Source: Gammaproteobacteria bacterium
Lineage (GTDB): Bacteria > Pseudomonadota > Gammaproteobacteria > Eutrophobiales > Eutrophobiaceae
NCBI GenBank assembly: GCA_963422205.2
Contig: CAXMWX010000009.1
Span: 32,001 to 96,000 of the forward strand
DNA: 64,000 nucleotides
Reading direction: 5' to 3'
This document shows, one piece after another, positions 53,242 to 63,109 of the stretch. The notes under the pieces were generated by a model that did not search any database, had not been told where the DNA came from, and saw only the letters and a list, made by a program, of their open reading frames with translations. The stretch's first letter is position 1. Each line of letters opens with the position of its first letter. Made by a program: the position numbers and the translations under genes.

Positions 53242-54189
53242 CTATCGGTACTTCTCCGGCCAGCGGCGGTGCAGCCAGAGCCATTGCGCCGGATTGGCGC
53301 GGATGGTCTGCTCAAGAAAGGCATTGATCCATTCGGTACAGCGCTGAATATCCTGCGCCCTGTCCCCGGTGTTTGCCGGCACAAAAGGGGTATGGAACTC
53401 CACCACAAAACGCATCGGGGCGCGCCGACAAACAGACACCGGTATCACGGGAACCGCATATTTCAGCGCAAGGTGTGCCGGCCCCGGAGAGGTCATCGCC
53501 TGCTGTCCGAAAAATCGCACGGCCAGACCCTCGTTGAACTTTTGATCGTTCAGCAAGGCAACCGGCCGGCCAGCGGCCAGGGCGTACATCAGGGCACGGG
53601 GGGCAGCACGCCCCTTGGCCACCCGGTGATGCACACCGTAGCTGTGACGAAAGCGAACAAGGCGCTGCTCAATATGCGGATTGTTGGCGGCACGATAGAC
53701 CGTCAGGCAGTCGGTAAGCCGCTGACAGATCACCAGCGGCATGACCTCCCAGTTGGCAAAATGGCCGGAGACGAAGACCGCCCCTCTGCCCGAGGACTTA
53801 ACCGCCTCCAGGTGTTCCGCCCCCAGCAGCACGATGCGCTCATCACCATGGGCAAAAAGCGATGGCAGATGCGGCAGCTCCCCGGCAGTACGGCCAATAT
53901 TCTCCCACACAGCACGCGCCAGGGCCCGCCGTTCGCTGGCGCTTTTTTTTGGGAAGGCGAGCTGCAAGTTGCGCTGCACCACCCGATGGCGAGGCAGCAA
54001 GGGGCCGACAACAGCCGCCAGCCAGCCCAGCCAGCGTGAGGCATGCGCCGGACTCAGCGCCTTTGCCGGCCACCAGTACAGCCCGATGAGCGCCAGCGCT
54101 TGCAGCCGCCAGAGACAGCGCCGCAGCAAGCCCGAACGCGGGGCAACACCCGCTGGGCGCGCCGGGCTATCTGTGGTCGTCGGCATCAA
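53242..54189 (-). CDS. Lipid A biosynthesis acyltransferase (LpxL/HtrB family)
   Basis: HFANWE (HxxxxE), LLNDQ, P.QWLWLHRRW. Confidence 0.88.
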   Translation of the reverse strand: MMPTTTDSPARPAGVAPRSGLLRRCLWRLQALALIGLYWWPAKALSPAHASRWLGWLAAVVGPLLPRHRVVQRNLQLAFPKKSASERRALARAVWENIGRTAGELPHLPSLFAHGDERIVLLGAEHLEAVKSSGRGAVFVSGHFANWEVMPLVICQRLTDCLTVYRAANNPHIEQRLVRFRHSYGVHHRVAKGRAAPRALMYALAAGRPVALLNDQKFNEGLAVRFFGQQAMTSPGPAHLALKYAVPVIPVSVCRRAPMRFVVEFHTPFVPANTGDRAQDIQRCTEWINAFLEQTIRANPAQWLWLHRRWPEKYR

Positions 54190-54222
54190 ACGATCGATGG
54201 CGTCAAGGCTGTTGCCCGCCGC

Positions 54223-54615
54223 TCAACACTGCTCCCAGGGCAGGCCATGAAAGCGCCAGCCATTGAGGGTGCTGCGCTGATTGTTCGCATCCTTATCGCC
54301 CTCGAATCCCTCTTTGATGTTGATCACCCGGCCATAGCCCGCCGCCGTCAGCAATTCGGCCGCCAGCATGGAGCGGGCGCCGCTTCTGCACAGGGCGAGT
54401 ATGGTCGTGTTTTTATCCGGGATCTGCTCTGCCACCCGCTCGACAAAATCCGCCGCCACCTGCCAGCCCGGCGGCTCCTGCAAGGCCACGTGTACGGCCT
54501 GCAACGGGTGTCCGACATAACTGAACTCCATCTGTGAGCGCACATCCAGCAGCACGGCATCGCCCTGTTGTTGCAGCCGGGCGGCCTGTGGCGGGGTCAT
54601 TTCTTCTATCATCAT
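54223..54615 (-). CDS. Rhodanese-domain protein
   Basis: LLDVRS..E...GH, CRSGARS, GFEG, LPWEQ. Confidence 0.9.
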   Translation of the reverse strand: MMIEEMTPPQAARLQQQGDAVLLDVRSQMEFSYVGHPLQAVHVALQEPPGWQVAADFVERVAEQIPDKNTTILALCRSGARSMLAAELLTAAGYGRVINIKEGFEGDKDANNQRSTLNGWRFHGLPWEQC

Positions 54616-54759
54616 CTGTTCCTTAATTTAACATGGCTCATGGCGACTGGATGCGCCAGCACAAAACGCATGATAGATTTTTTGTTTGTCATTGAGTAGC
54701 TAAATATGATGCAATAATGCCTCGCTACTGAATACAACCTATCCAACGGAGACCTCAAG

Positions 54760-55686
54760 ATGACAATGGCGGACCGCGACGGCGTGATCTGGTTCGATGG
54801 CGAAATGGTGCCCTGGCGGGAGGCCCGGGTGCATGTCCTCACGCACACACTGCATTATGGCATGGGCGTATTTGAGGGCATTCGCGCCTATCAGACCGAC
54901 AAGGGTACGGCGCTCTTTCGCCTGCAGGATCACACGCAGCGGCTGTATCGCTCCGCCCATATCATGCAGATGGCAATCCCCATTGATGCCGAGACGCTCA
55001 ATCAGGCGTGCTGTGCTGTGGTGGCGAAGAACAAACTGAACAGCGCCTATGTCCGTCCCGTGTGTTTTTATGGTGCCGAGGGCATGGGCATTCGCGCCGA
55101 TTCGCTCAAGGTGCATCTGGCGGTTGCCGCCTGGGAATGGGGCACCTACCTGGGCGAGGAGGGGTTGCAAAAAGGGATCCGCGTCAGGACATCCTCGTTC
55201 ACCCGCCATCACGTCAACATCACCATGTGCAAGGCCAAGGCCAACGGTCATTACATCAACTCCATGCTGGCCCTGCAGGAGGCCGTGCAATGTGGCTACG
55301 ATGAGGCGCTGCTGCTGGACAACGAAGGCTATGTGGCTGAGGGCAGCGGGGAGAATATTTTTATCGTCCGCAACGGCATCATCTACACGCCGGATCTGAC
55401 CTCCGCCCTGGAAGGGATCACCCGCGACTGTATTTTTATCTTCTGCCATGAGTTGGGCATACAAATCAGGGAAAAACGCCTGACCCGCGATGAGGTGTAT
55501 GTGGCTGATGAGGTCTTCTTTACTGGCACGGCGGCCGAAGTTACCCCGGTGCGCGAGCTTGATAACCGCATCATCGGCCAGGGCCGCCGAGGCCCGATAA
55601 CCACCCAACTGCAAGAGCGGTTTTTCGCCGCCACCGCTGGCAAGGATCAGGCCAAACGCCATTGGCTGACCCTGGCAGGTGCTTAA
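54760..55686 (+). CDS. ilvE: Branched-chain amino acid aminotransferase
   Basis: LHYGMGVFEG, EGSGENIF, LEGITR, TGTAAEV. Confidence 0.96.
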   Translation: MTMADRDGVIWFDGEMVPWREARVHVLTHTLHYGMGVFEGIRAYQTDKGTALFRLQDHTQRLYRSAHIMQMAIPIDAETLNQACCAVVAKNKLNSAYVRPVCFYGAEGMGIRADSLKVHLAVAAWEWGTYLGEEGLQKGIRVRTSSFTRHHVNITMCKAKANGHYINSMLALQEAVQCGYDEALLLDNEGYVAEGSGENIFIVRNGIIYTPDLTSALEGITRDCIFIFCHELGIQIREKRLTRDEVYVADEVFFTGTAAEVTPVRELDNRIIGQGRRGPITTQLQERFFAATAGKDQAKRHWLTLAGA

Positions 55687-55690
55687 CGTC

Positions 55691-55897
55691 ATGACCGGGA
55701 CCACCGAACAAAACGCCACGCCCAATGACCGACAGCATTATGACGTTGGCCCGGAACAACTGCCCCTGCATTGCCCGCTGCCAGAGATGAGCCTGTGGAA
55801 CTCGCACCCCAGGGTCTACCTGCCCATTGAACAGACCGGCGAGGCCAAATGCCCTTACTGTGGTGCTGAGTTCAGCCTGAAGGCAGCCGGCACTTAA
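55691..55897 (+). CDS. zf-CHCC zinc-finger protein
   Basis: LHCP..WNSHPRVYL..CPYCG. Confidence 0.88.
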   Translation: MTGTTEQNATPNDRQHYDVGPEQLPLHCPLPEMSLWNSHPRVYLPIEQTGEAKCPYCGAEFSLKAAGT

Positions 55898-55906
55898 AGG
55901 CCGGCA

Positions 55907-56851
55907 TTGCAGCACGACACCCCTCCTGTTCTCTGGCGTATTTCCGATGGCCGGGCCGGGCATGACAACCAGAGCCTTGGCCTGCTTGATGCCCTGCAAG
56001 AACGACACCCCCTTAACAGCCTCAGCGTGCCAGCAGTCAGCCGGGCCGGGCTGGTCAAGGGCCTGATAGTGCGCGCCTGGCCTGATGATCCGCCTGATGA
56101 TGATGCAGCCAGGCCACATGTCATCATCGCCGCCGGTCATGCCACGCATGGCTCGGTGTTGCTGGCCGGTCATCTGTACGGCGCAAAGACGGTGGTGTTG
56201 ATGCGGCCTGGTGTGCCGACGGGCTGGTTTGATTATTGCCTGATCCCGCAACACGATGAGGTGCTTCCCTCCGCCCGTATCCTGCTCACCTGTGGGGCGG
56301 TGAACCGTATCAGGCCAGCAAGAAATCAGGATCGATCGCAGGGCTTGATTCTGCTTGGCGGGGCCTCCAAACACTACCACGACGGTGATGCTGTGCTGTT
56401 CACCGCCATAGATACCGTTGCCGAGAGGTGTGCGGACATACACTGGCGCATCAGCGACTCACCGCGCAGCTCGCCCCACTTGCGCCAGCACCTGCAAGCG
56501 TTAAGGCAGGAGAATCTTCACTTTACCTGTTGGCAGGACTGCCCGCCCGGCTGGTTGGCCCGGCAACTGGACCGGGCGTACTCTGTCTGGGTGGGCGAGG
56601 ACAGCATCTCCATGATATATGACGCCTTGAGCGCAGGCGCACGGGTGGGATTGTTGCCCATGCCGCGCAAACGCTACAGCCGCCTGCACCGGGCGGTGGA
56701 TGAGCTGGCGGCAGAAGGCCGGGTCTGTCGCTATCAGGACTGGCAGGCGGACGGAAAACTCCCACCGCCAGGCCCGCCCGTGCAGGAGGCAAGCCGCTGT
56801 GCTGCTGAGCTGATCGGGCGCGGCCTGTTTGATCGCAGCAGCGCCCCATGA
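55907..56851 (+). CDS. ELM1-family (mitochondrial fission ELM1-like) putative glycosyltransferase
   Basis: DGRAGHDNQS.GL, IPQHD, LLGG.S, SPRS, EDSISMIYDA. Confidence 0.85.
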   Translation: MQHDTPPVLWRISDGRAGHDNQSLGLLDALQERHPLNSLSVPAVSRAGLVKGLIVRAWPDDPPDDDAARPHVIIAAGHATHGSVLLAGHLYGAKTVVLMRPGVPTGWFDYCLIPQHDEVLPSARILLTCGAVNRIRPARNQDRSQGLILLGGASKHYHDGDAVLFTAIDTVAERCADIHWRISDSPRSSPHLRQHLQALRQENLHFTCWQDCPPGWLARQLDRAYSVWVGEDSISMIYDALSAGARVGLLPMPRKRYSRLHRAVDELAAEGRVCRYQDWQADGKLPPPGPPVQEASRCAAELIGRGLFDRSSAP

Positions 56852-57975
56852 GGCTGACGGTACTGCAAACCCTGCCGGCCCTGGAGGTGGGTGGCGTGGA
56901 GCGCGGCACGCTGGAGATAGCCAGGGGGCTGGTTGAACGAGGCCACCGCTCTATCGTGATCAGCGCAGGCGGGCGGTTGAGGCAGCGCTTGTGCGATGAG
57001 GGCAGCGAGCATTACAACTGGCCTATAGGCAGAAAATCCTTAGCCACTCTGGCCCTGGTGATCCGGCTGGCGCACTTTGTGCGGGAAAATGGGATAGACG
57101 TGCTGCACAGCCGCTCGCGCCTGCCGGCCTGGATAAGCTGGCTGGCCTTGAAAAAACTTAAAGTCGCCACGGCGCCCGCCTTCATCACCACCGTACACGG
57201 CGTCTACAGCGTCAACCGCTACAGTCAAATCATGACAGCTGGCGATAAGGTGATCGCCATTTCAAACTACATTCGCGATTATATTGCACAAAACTACAAA
57301 CACACGGACATGGGCAAGGTGCGGCTTATTCACCGCGGGGTTGACCGGGCAGCTTATCCCTTTGGCTATCAGCCGGAGAGTGGCTGGCTGACCAACTGGC
57401 GGCAGGCATACCCGCATCTGCAAGATAAACAACTGATCACCCTGCCTGGCCGAATCACCCGCCGCAAGGGGCATGAGGATTTTATCGGCATCATCGGGCG
57501 GCTTGTTGAGCAAGGCCGGCCGGTGCATGGGCTGATTGCTGGCGGGGCTCATCCGAAAAAACGGCCTTTCATGCGCGCCCTGCAAGATGCTGTGCAGCAA
57601 AGGGGCCTGCAACGGCATATCAGCTTCATCGGCCATCGCGATGACATGCGTGAGGTCATGGCCGTCTCAGACATTGTGTTATCGCTGGCAAGAACACCTG
57701 AAGCCTTTGGCCGTACCAGCCTGGAAGCCTTGTCTTTGGGGGTGCCGGTGATCGCCTACGATCATGGGGGCGCTGCTGAGGTGTTATCGGCGCTACAGCC
57801 TGCCGGCCTGGTGCCAGCACATGATGCTGGCGGGGCGGCGCAGGCCATCGTCGCCTTTTTGCGGCGACCGCCAGCGATCCGGCCAGAACATGTTTTTACG
57901 CTGGAGAACATGGTAGGGCAGACCATCGCCGCCTATGAGCAACTGCATGGCACACGCCGGCCAGCGAGACCTTGA
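56848..57975 (+). CDS. GT4 glycosyltransferase
   Basis: GGVERGT, HSRSR.PAW, TTVHG, PEAFGRTSLEA. Confidence 0.92.
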   Translation: MRLTVLQTLPALEVGGVERGTLEIARGLVERGHRSIVISAGGRLRQRLCDEGSEHYNWPIGRKSLATLALVIRLAHFVRENGIDVLHSRSRLPAWISWLALKKLKVATAPAFITTVHGVYSVNRYSQIMTAGDKVIAISNYIRDYIAQNYKHTDMGKVRLIHRGVDRAAYPFGYQPESGWLTNWRQAYPHLQDKQLITLPGRITRRKGHEDFIGIIGRLVEQGRPVHGLIAGGAHPKKRPFMRALQDAVQQRGLQRHISFIGHRDDMREVMAVSDIVLSLARTPEAFGRTSLEALSLGVPVIAYDHGGAAEVLSALQPAGLVPAHDAGGAAQAIVAFLRRPPAIRPEHVFTLENMVGQTIAAYEQLHGTRRPARP

Positions 57976-58546
57976 ACCGGCGGTCTGGGATTGCCCCCCG
58001 TCTTCATTGGCGATAGCATGGCGGCCCGAATAATCAGGCGGGTTGTGATGAGCAAAAACCGGCAGGGCGCCTCGCCGGGGATGGAGTTAAGCCGTCAAGC
58101 AAAGCATCCAAGGCGGCGAGGAGAAGGCTGCGTGCCGACAAACCTCATCACCATGCTGGAGCATTGGGTATCGAGGGCGCAAGGCAACGCCTTATTCTCA
58201 GTGGAGAAATTCAAAGTGAGCTTCAGCGCATAGTGAAGATGGAACTCTAAAGGGCAGACGGTGGGGGGCGATGATCGTGCGGTTCTCGGCGGAGTTCCGT
58301 CACAAAGACGTGGAAGCGGCTCAATGGCGTCTGGATCAAGCTGCCAAAACGTAAACATCATCAAAAAACACACTTCGCCATTGCAACTGATGCCGAAGAG
58401 GATATCCCCGTCCATTGGCTTTTTGTGCGAGAAGAGATATAAATAGCCGGGCCTTGCAGACTTCTGACATCATCGGCCTCTTTGTCAACCGGCCAGCCGA
58501 ACGCACCCTCTGGCAAACCCGTACCCCGCCCTGCTAACATGGCCGC

Positions 58547-60772
58547 ATGTTGATAATGCCGGGCAGGTTCAAGGAATACGGGGTGCTGCTGCGGCAGCAT
58601 TATGCTGTGCTGTTGATCGCCTCGGTGCCGTTGCTGTTTTGTACCAGCGCCCTGTTCAACCTGCCGTTTTTCATCATGGCGCTGCTCGGTCTTTACCGTG
58701 TGCTGAAAATGCCGCAACGCCTGCGGGATGATCCGGCCCTGCTGGCGTTGTCAATCTGCTTTTTGTCTCTGTGGCTGCCGCAGTTGTTGTCCTTGCCCGA
58801 TGCCGTCATGCCATCCAGGGCAATCAAGACCACGGCGGCTTATGTCCACTTCTTCTTTGCCGGGGTGTTTATTATCTTGTCGATACGGCAAAAACATGTT
58901 CTGGAAAAAATCAACCTGGCTGTCTTTGTGATTCTCAGCGTCTGGATCATTGATGCCCTGCTGCAATTTATTCTCGGCCATAACCTGCTGGGCTATCCCT
59001 ACGAATACAAGGGGCAACTGACCGGCATGTTCCACCCGAAGATACGACTGGGACATGCCGTGGCGGTATTTTTGCCTTTCTACCTTGAGTTTCTGTACCA
59101 GCACGGGCGGCGTCACCGGGGATCATGGCTGCTGCTGGTGCTGTTTTTCCTGGTGCTGCTGCTCAGCGGCAAGCGCATGGCCTGGATCACGGCAGCAATC
59201 GGCGGCCTGGCCTATGCGATTTATTTCTTTGCTTATCACCGCGATATCAAACCGCGATGGCTGCTTCTGCCATTTGCCACCACGGTGCTGTACCTGCTGG
59301 CCTTCACCTGGCAATACCCGCCTGCGAAAGAGCGCGTTGACAAGGCGCTGCTGCTGTTCAGCGGCGATTATGAGCTGATCAATCAGGCCACATCAAGACG
59401 CCTGCCGGCATGGCGAACCGGCCTGAATGTCTTTAAACATAACCCAATCAATGGCATCGGCCCCAGGGGCTTTCGTTACGTCTACCAGGACTATGCGGCG
59501 GACGAGCATGACAGCACCACCCACCCGCACCAGTTTCTGCTGGAGGTCGCCGCCGAGACCGGGATCATCGGCCTGCTGGGCTTTACTGTTTTCTGCTGTT
59601 ACCTGCTCTTCATCGGCAGAAGGCAGCTTGCCTTCCAACACCGCTTCATGCCCTGGCTGCTGTGTGCCGGCGTTGCCTGGCTGCCGATCAATGCACATTA
59701 TGCCTTCTATGGCTCTTACTGGTCTTCGGTTGGCTGGTGGATTCTCTGTATCGCCCTGGCACAACTCTTCGGGCATGATCGCCCTGAGAACCATAGCAAG
59801 CCGCAGAAGGTGCTCATCATCAAGCTGGGCGCGCTGGGGGATGTGATCATGAGTACGCCGCTGATCGCACAGATACAGCAACACCATCAGCATGCGGCCG
59901 TTTTCCTGTTGACCAGCCCCGCCTTCGCACCGCTGTTTGTGCGCTGGTCGGACTTGACTGTACAGGCATTTCCCCGCAAGGGAGTTTTTGCCGCCCTTAA
60001 AACCCTGGCCTGGATTCGGCAACAGGGTTTCGCCCTGGCCTACGATCTGCAATCCAGCCACCGCAGCGGCATCTACTGCGCCCTCTCCGGCATCGCCCGG
60101 CGCTGTGGCAACCATCCGCATTTTCCCTATCATCTGCATCCGCCGGAGAAATGGCACGGTCAAGATCATATTTTTGATCGTATGCTGGAGGTGTTGCGTG
60201 CTGCCGGCATCAAGGCCAAAGCACAAAAACCCTTTCTGCCGCCAGGGCTGGATGATCGGGACAAGGTGGCAAACTGGCTTGAGTTAAACGGATTACAAGA
60301 CAGGAAGCTGGCCTTGCTGCATGCTGGCAGCAGCCCGCAACATCCGCAAAAACGCTGGCCTTATTTTGCCTTGCTGGCCGAGGTGCTGGAGGCGGCGGGG
60401 TATGCCGTCATCTGGCTGGGGGCGGATGCCGATGCCGAGTTGAACAGCCGCCTGGCAAGGCTCGCTGGCAAAGACGCCACCAACCGCTTTTCCCTTGCAG
60501 AGATCATCGCACTTGGGCAGGCAGCCTGCTTCGCCGTCACCAATGATTCCGCCCCCATGCACGTATTGTCCTGCTGCAACCTCCCGGTCTACGGCCTGTT
60601 CGGCCCGACGGACTGGCGCCGCTGCCATGGCATCGGGCAGGCCGCCAATGTCATCAGCCTGGACAAAGACAAGGCCCGTTTCGTGCCGACAGCGCTGGCC
60701 GATCTCACCGTGACAGAAGTGGTTGAACAGCTGACCTCAGACGGCCTGCTGCAGGGCGAGCTATGGGGTTAA
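58547..60772 (+). CDS. O-antigen ligase (Wzy_C/WaaL-like) fused to a GT9 glycosyltransferase
   Basis: N-terminal multi-TM domain with SGKR, GIGPRGF, HPHQFLLE; C-terminal IKLGALGDV, YDLQ, KRWP, TNDSAPMH, LFGPT. Confidence 0.85.
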   Translation: MLIMPGRFKEYGVLLRQHYAVLLIASVPLLFCTSALFNLPFFIMALLGLYRVLKMPQRLRDDPALLALSICFLSLWLPQLLSLPDAVMPSRAIKTTAAYVHFFFAGVFIILSIRQKHVLEKINLAVFVILSVWIIDALLQFILGHNLLGYPYEYKGQLTGMFHPKIRLGHAVAVFLPFYLEFLYQHGRRHRGSWLLLVLFFLVLLLSGKRMAWITAAIGGLAYAIYFFAYHRDIKPRWLLLPFATTVLYLLAFTWQYPPAKERVDKALLLFSGDYELINQATSRRLPAWRTGLNVFKHNPINGIGPRGFRYVYQDYAADEHDSTTHPHQFLLEVAAETGIIGLLGFTVFCCYLLFIGRRQLAFQHRFMPWLLCAGVAWLPINAHYAFYGSYWSSVGWWILCIALAQLFGHDRPENHSKPQKVLIIKLGALGDVIMSTPLIAQIQQHHQHAAVFLLTSPAFAPLFVRWSDLTVQAFPRKGVFAALKTLAWIRQQGFALAYDLQSSHRSGIYCALSGIARRCGNHPHFPYHLHPPEKWHGQDHIFDRMLEVLRAAGIKAKAQKPFLPPGLDDRDKVANWLELNGLQDRKLALLHAGSSPQHPQKRWPYFALLAEVLEAAGYAVIWLGADADAELNSRLARLAGKDATNRFSLAEIIALGQAACFAVTNDSAPMHVLSCCNLPVYGLFGPTDWRRCHGIGQAANVISLDKDKARFVPTALADLTVTEVVEQLTSDGLLQGELWG

Positions 60773-60794
60773 GCGGTGGGCGCATCAACGTAAC

Positions 60795-61727
60795 CTAACC
60801 CCACAAGCCTAGCGCCGCCAGATGTGCCCGCACTTTTTGCTCAATAAGCCCTGCCTCAATCCGGCCGATGTCCGCTTGCGGGTCGACATACCAGGCGGCC
60901 TTATCGCCCCAGGGGTGATACCTTTGTGGCTGGCCTGGCCCGAACAGGGTGAAGGTCGGCGTGCCGACTGCTGAAGCCAGATGCCCCAGGCCAGAGTCGT
61001 TGCCGATAAACAGCCCGCACCGTTCCAGCACGGCGGCTGCCTCCAGCAGGGTTGTCCTGCCACATAAATTAATGCAGGGCAGGCTGACTGTGGCCCTGAT
61101 CGAATCGCCTAGGCCCTTATCCTGCCGGCTGCCCAGCAGCACCAGCCCGCTACAGGCATCGGCCAGCCTCGTGCCAAGCTCAGCATAACGCCGCCAGGGC
61201 CAGATTTTTCTCTCCCAGTTCGCCCCCGGGCCTATCGCCAGCAACGCCCTTCCTGTGAGCGGCGATAGCTGCTGGCGGGCGAATTGCTGCTGCTGTTCTG
61301 CCAGCCAGATCTGTGTGCCGGGGATCGCCCGGTCTCCGGTCAGCTCGCAGATGACGCTGACATGCTGCTCTACCGCATGGGTTGCCGTCTTGCCCTGCCG
61401 ATGCGTGTATTTTAATCGCCCCCGTAACGCTGACGGCAAGATGCCGGTACGCAGATCAACGATCAGATCATAGCGATTACGGCGCAGCCGCCAGATCAGA
61501 TCGATGCTGCCACGAAGCAATCTGTGCTTGTGCTTTAGGTACACATGCCTTCTGTAAGGGCAATTTTTAAACAGCGCGACAGAGCGCTGATCGCCGACAA
61601 TGTCGATGGCAGCGGCGGGGAAAAGCTGATGCAACAGCACCAGTGCGGGCGTGGTCAATACCGCATCGCCGATATTGCTCAAGGTGATGAAGAGCAGGGT
61701 ATTGATGTTGCCCTCTTGCCGTGGCAT
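60795..61727 (-). CDS. GT9 (heptosyltransferase-like) glycosyltransferase
   Basis: LSNIGDAVLTTP, KIWP, GNDSGLGHLA, LFGP; start set at ATG 61727. Confidence 0.9.
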   Translation of the reverse strand: MPRQEGNINTLLFITLSNIGDAVLTTPALVLLHQLFPAAAIDIVGDQRSVALFKNCPYRRHVYLKHKHRLLRGSIDLIWRLRRNRYDLIVDLRTGILPSALRGRLKYTHRQGKTATHAVEQHVSVICELTGDRAIPGTQIWLAEQQQQFARQQLSPLTGRALLAIGPGANWERKIWPWRRYAELGTRLADACSGLVLLGSRQDKGLGDSIRATVSLPCINLCGRTTLLEAAAVLERCGLFIGNDSGLGHLASAVGTPTFTLFGPGQPQRYHPWGDKAAWYVDPQADIGRIEAGLIEQKVRAHLAALGLWG

Positions 61728-61731
61728 CGCA

Positions 61732-63096
61732 TCATTTGCCAATGCAGAAACGTGAGAAAATCTCCCCCAGCAGGTCATCGCCAGCAAACTCGCCGGTGAT
61801 CGTGCCCAGCTGCTGCTGCATCTCACGCAAGTCCTGTGCAAGCAATTCCAGCGCCTGCGTGCCTGCAAACCCGTGCCAGGCTGTCCGTAGCCGGGTTTTT
61901 AGCGTTTGCAGCACGGCCACATGCCGTTGCTGGGCAGCAAAACAGGTATCGCCACCGACATCTTCGCTCACCCGACGGATGATCAACTGCCGCAACAACT
62001 CCAGGCCCTCGCCGGTTTGTGCAGACAGATAAACCCCTGCCTCGGTAACCGCGGCGGCCCTGGCCAGCCGATCGATCTTGTTGAAGACATTAATGCCCTG
62101 GGCTGGTGGTCGATCATTGATCAGCCTTTCAATGCTTGTCTGCGAACCAGCAAGACTGAGGTCGATCACATGCAGGATAATATCGGCCTGCTGTGCTGCG
62201 CTGATCGCCCGCTCGATGCCGGCTGCCTCTATGCTGTCGGCGCTTTGCCTGATGCCAGCGGTGTCGGTAAGGCGAAACGGGATCCCGGCGATTACGATAT
62301 CTTCCTGCAATGTATCTCTCGTGGTGCCCGGCTGGTCTGTCACGATCGCCCGCTCTGCCCCTGACAAGCGATTTAACAGGGTCGACTTGCCTGAGTTAGG
62401 TCGGCCGATGATGGCAATCTGTAGCCCTTGCGTATACAGCCGCCCCTGCCTGGATTGGGCAAGCAGACGGTTGATGGCCGCCTCCAGGCGCTGGATACAC
62501 ACCGGCAACTCACCGGCAACATAAGCGCCGATCTCCTCCTCGGGAAAATCCAGCAGCGACTCAACATAGACACGTGCATCGATCAACCGCTGCAACAAGC
62601 CGTTGATCACTGTTGAAAACTCCCCTTCCAGGGTTGCCAGGGCGTTACGGGCGGCCTGCTCTGAGCGGCTGCTGATCAACTCGGCCACCGCCTCGGCCTG
62701 ATTGATGTCCAGCTTGCCATTTAGCAGGGCGCGCTCGGTAAACTCGCCCGGGTTGGCCTGCCTTGCACCACAGGCGAGTACGCTGTTTAACAACATCGTC
62801 ATCACCACCATGCCGCCATGGCCCTGTAATTCGATCACATCCTCGCCGGTATAAGAAGCAGGGCGGCGAAAATACAGCACGATACCGGTGTCAATAACCG
62901 TGCCGAGGCGGTCCTTGAAGGTGCAGGTCTTTACCTGCCGGGGCGGTGGCAGCTGACCACAGATCTGCTCGGCGATGGCCGTGCTGGCCGGCCCGGAAAT
63001 ACGCACGATGCCAATGCCGCCGGGGCCTGGCGGCGTGGCAATCGCTGCGATGGTGTCGGTTACGGTGCGGGCCTGCTCCATTGCCTGGGTAATCAT
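61732..63096 (-). CDS. mnmE: tRNA modification GTPase
   Basis: DTIAAIAT, GRPNSGKSTL, GTTRD, DTAG, FSRFCIGK. Confidence 0.97.
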   Translation of the reverse strand: MITQAMEQARTVTDTIAAIATPPGPGGIGIVRISGPASTAIAEQICGQLPPPRQVKTCTFKDRLGTVIDTGIVLYFRRPASYTGEDVIELQGHGGMVVMTMLLNSVLACGARQANPGEFTERALLNGKLDINQAEAVAELISSRSEQAARNALATLEGEFSTVINGLLQRLIDARVYVESLLDFPEEEIGAYVAGELPVCIQRLEAAINRLLAQSRQGRLYTQGLQIAIIGRPNSGKSTLLNRLSGAERAIVTDQPGTTRDTLQEDIVIAGIPFRLTDTAGIRQSADSIEAAGIERAISAAQQADIILHVIDLSLAGSQTSIERLINDRPPAQGINVFNKIDRLARAAAVTEAGVYLSAQTGEGLELLRQLIIRRVSEDVGGDTCFAAQQRHVAVLQTLKTRLRTAWHGFAGTQALELLAQDLREMQQQLGTITGEFAGDDLLGEIFSRFCIGK

Positions 63097-63109
63097 CCGG
63101 GCATGGTGA

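Noticed and set aside
53167-56443. Long antisense ORFs over the acyltransferase, ilvE and ELM1-like genes
   Set aside because: Codon-bias shadows of well-supported genes on the other strand.
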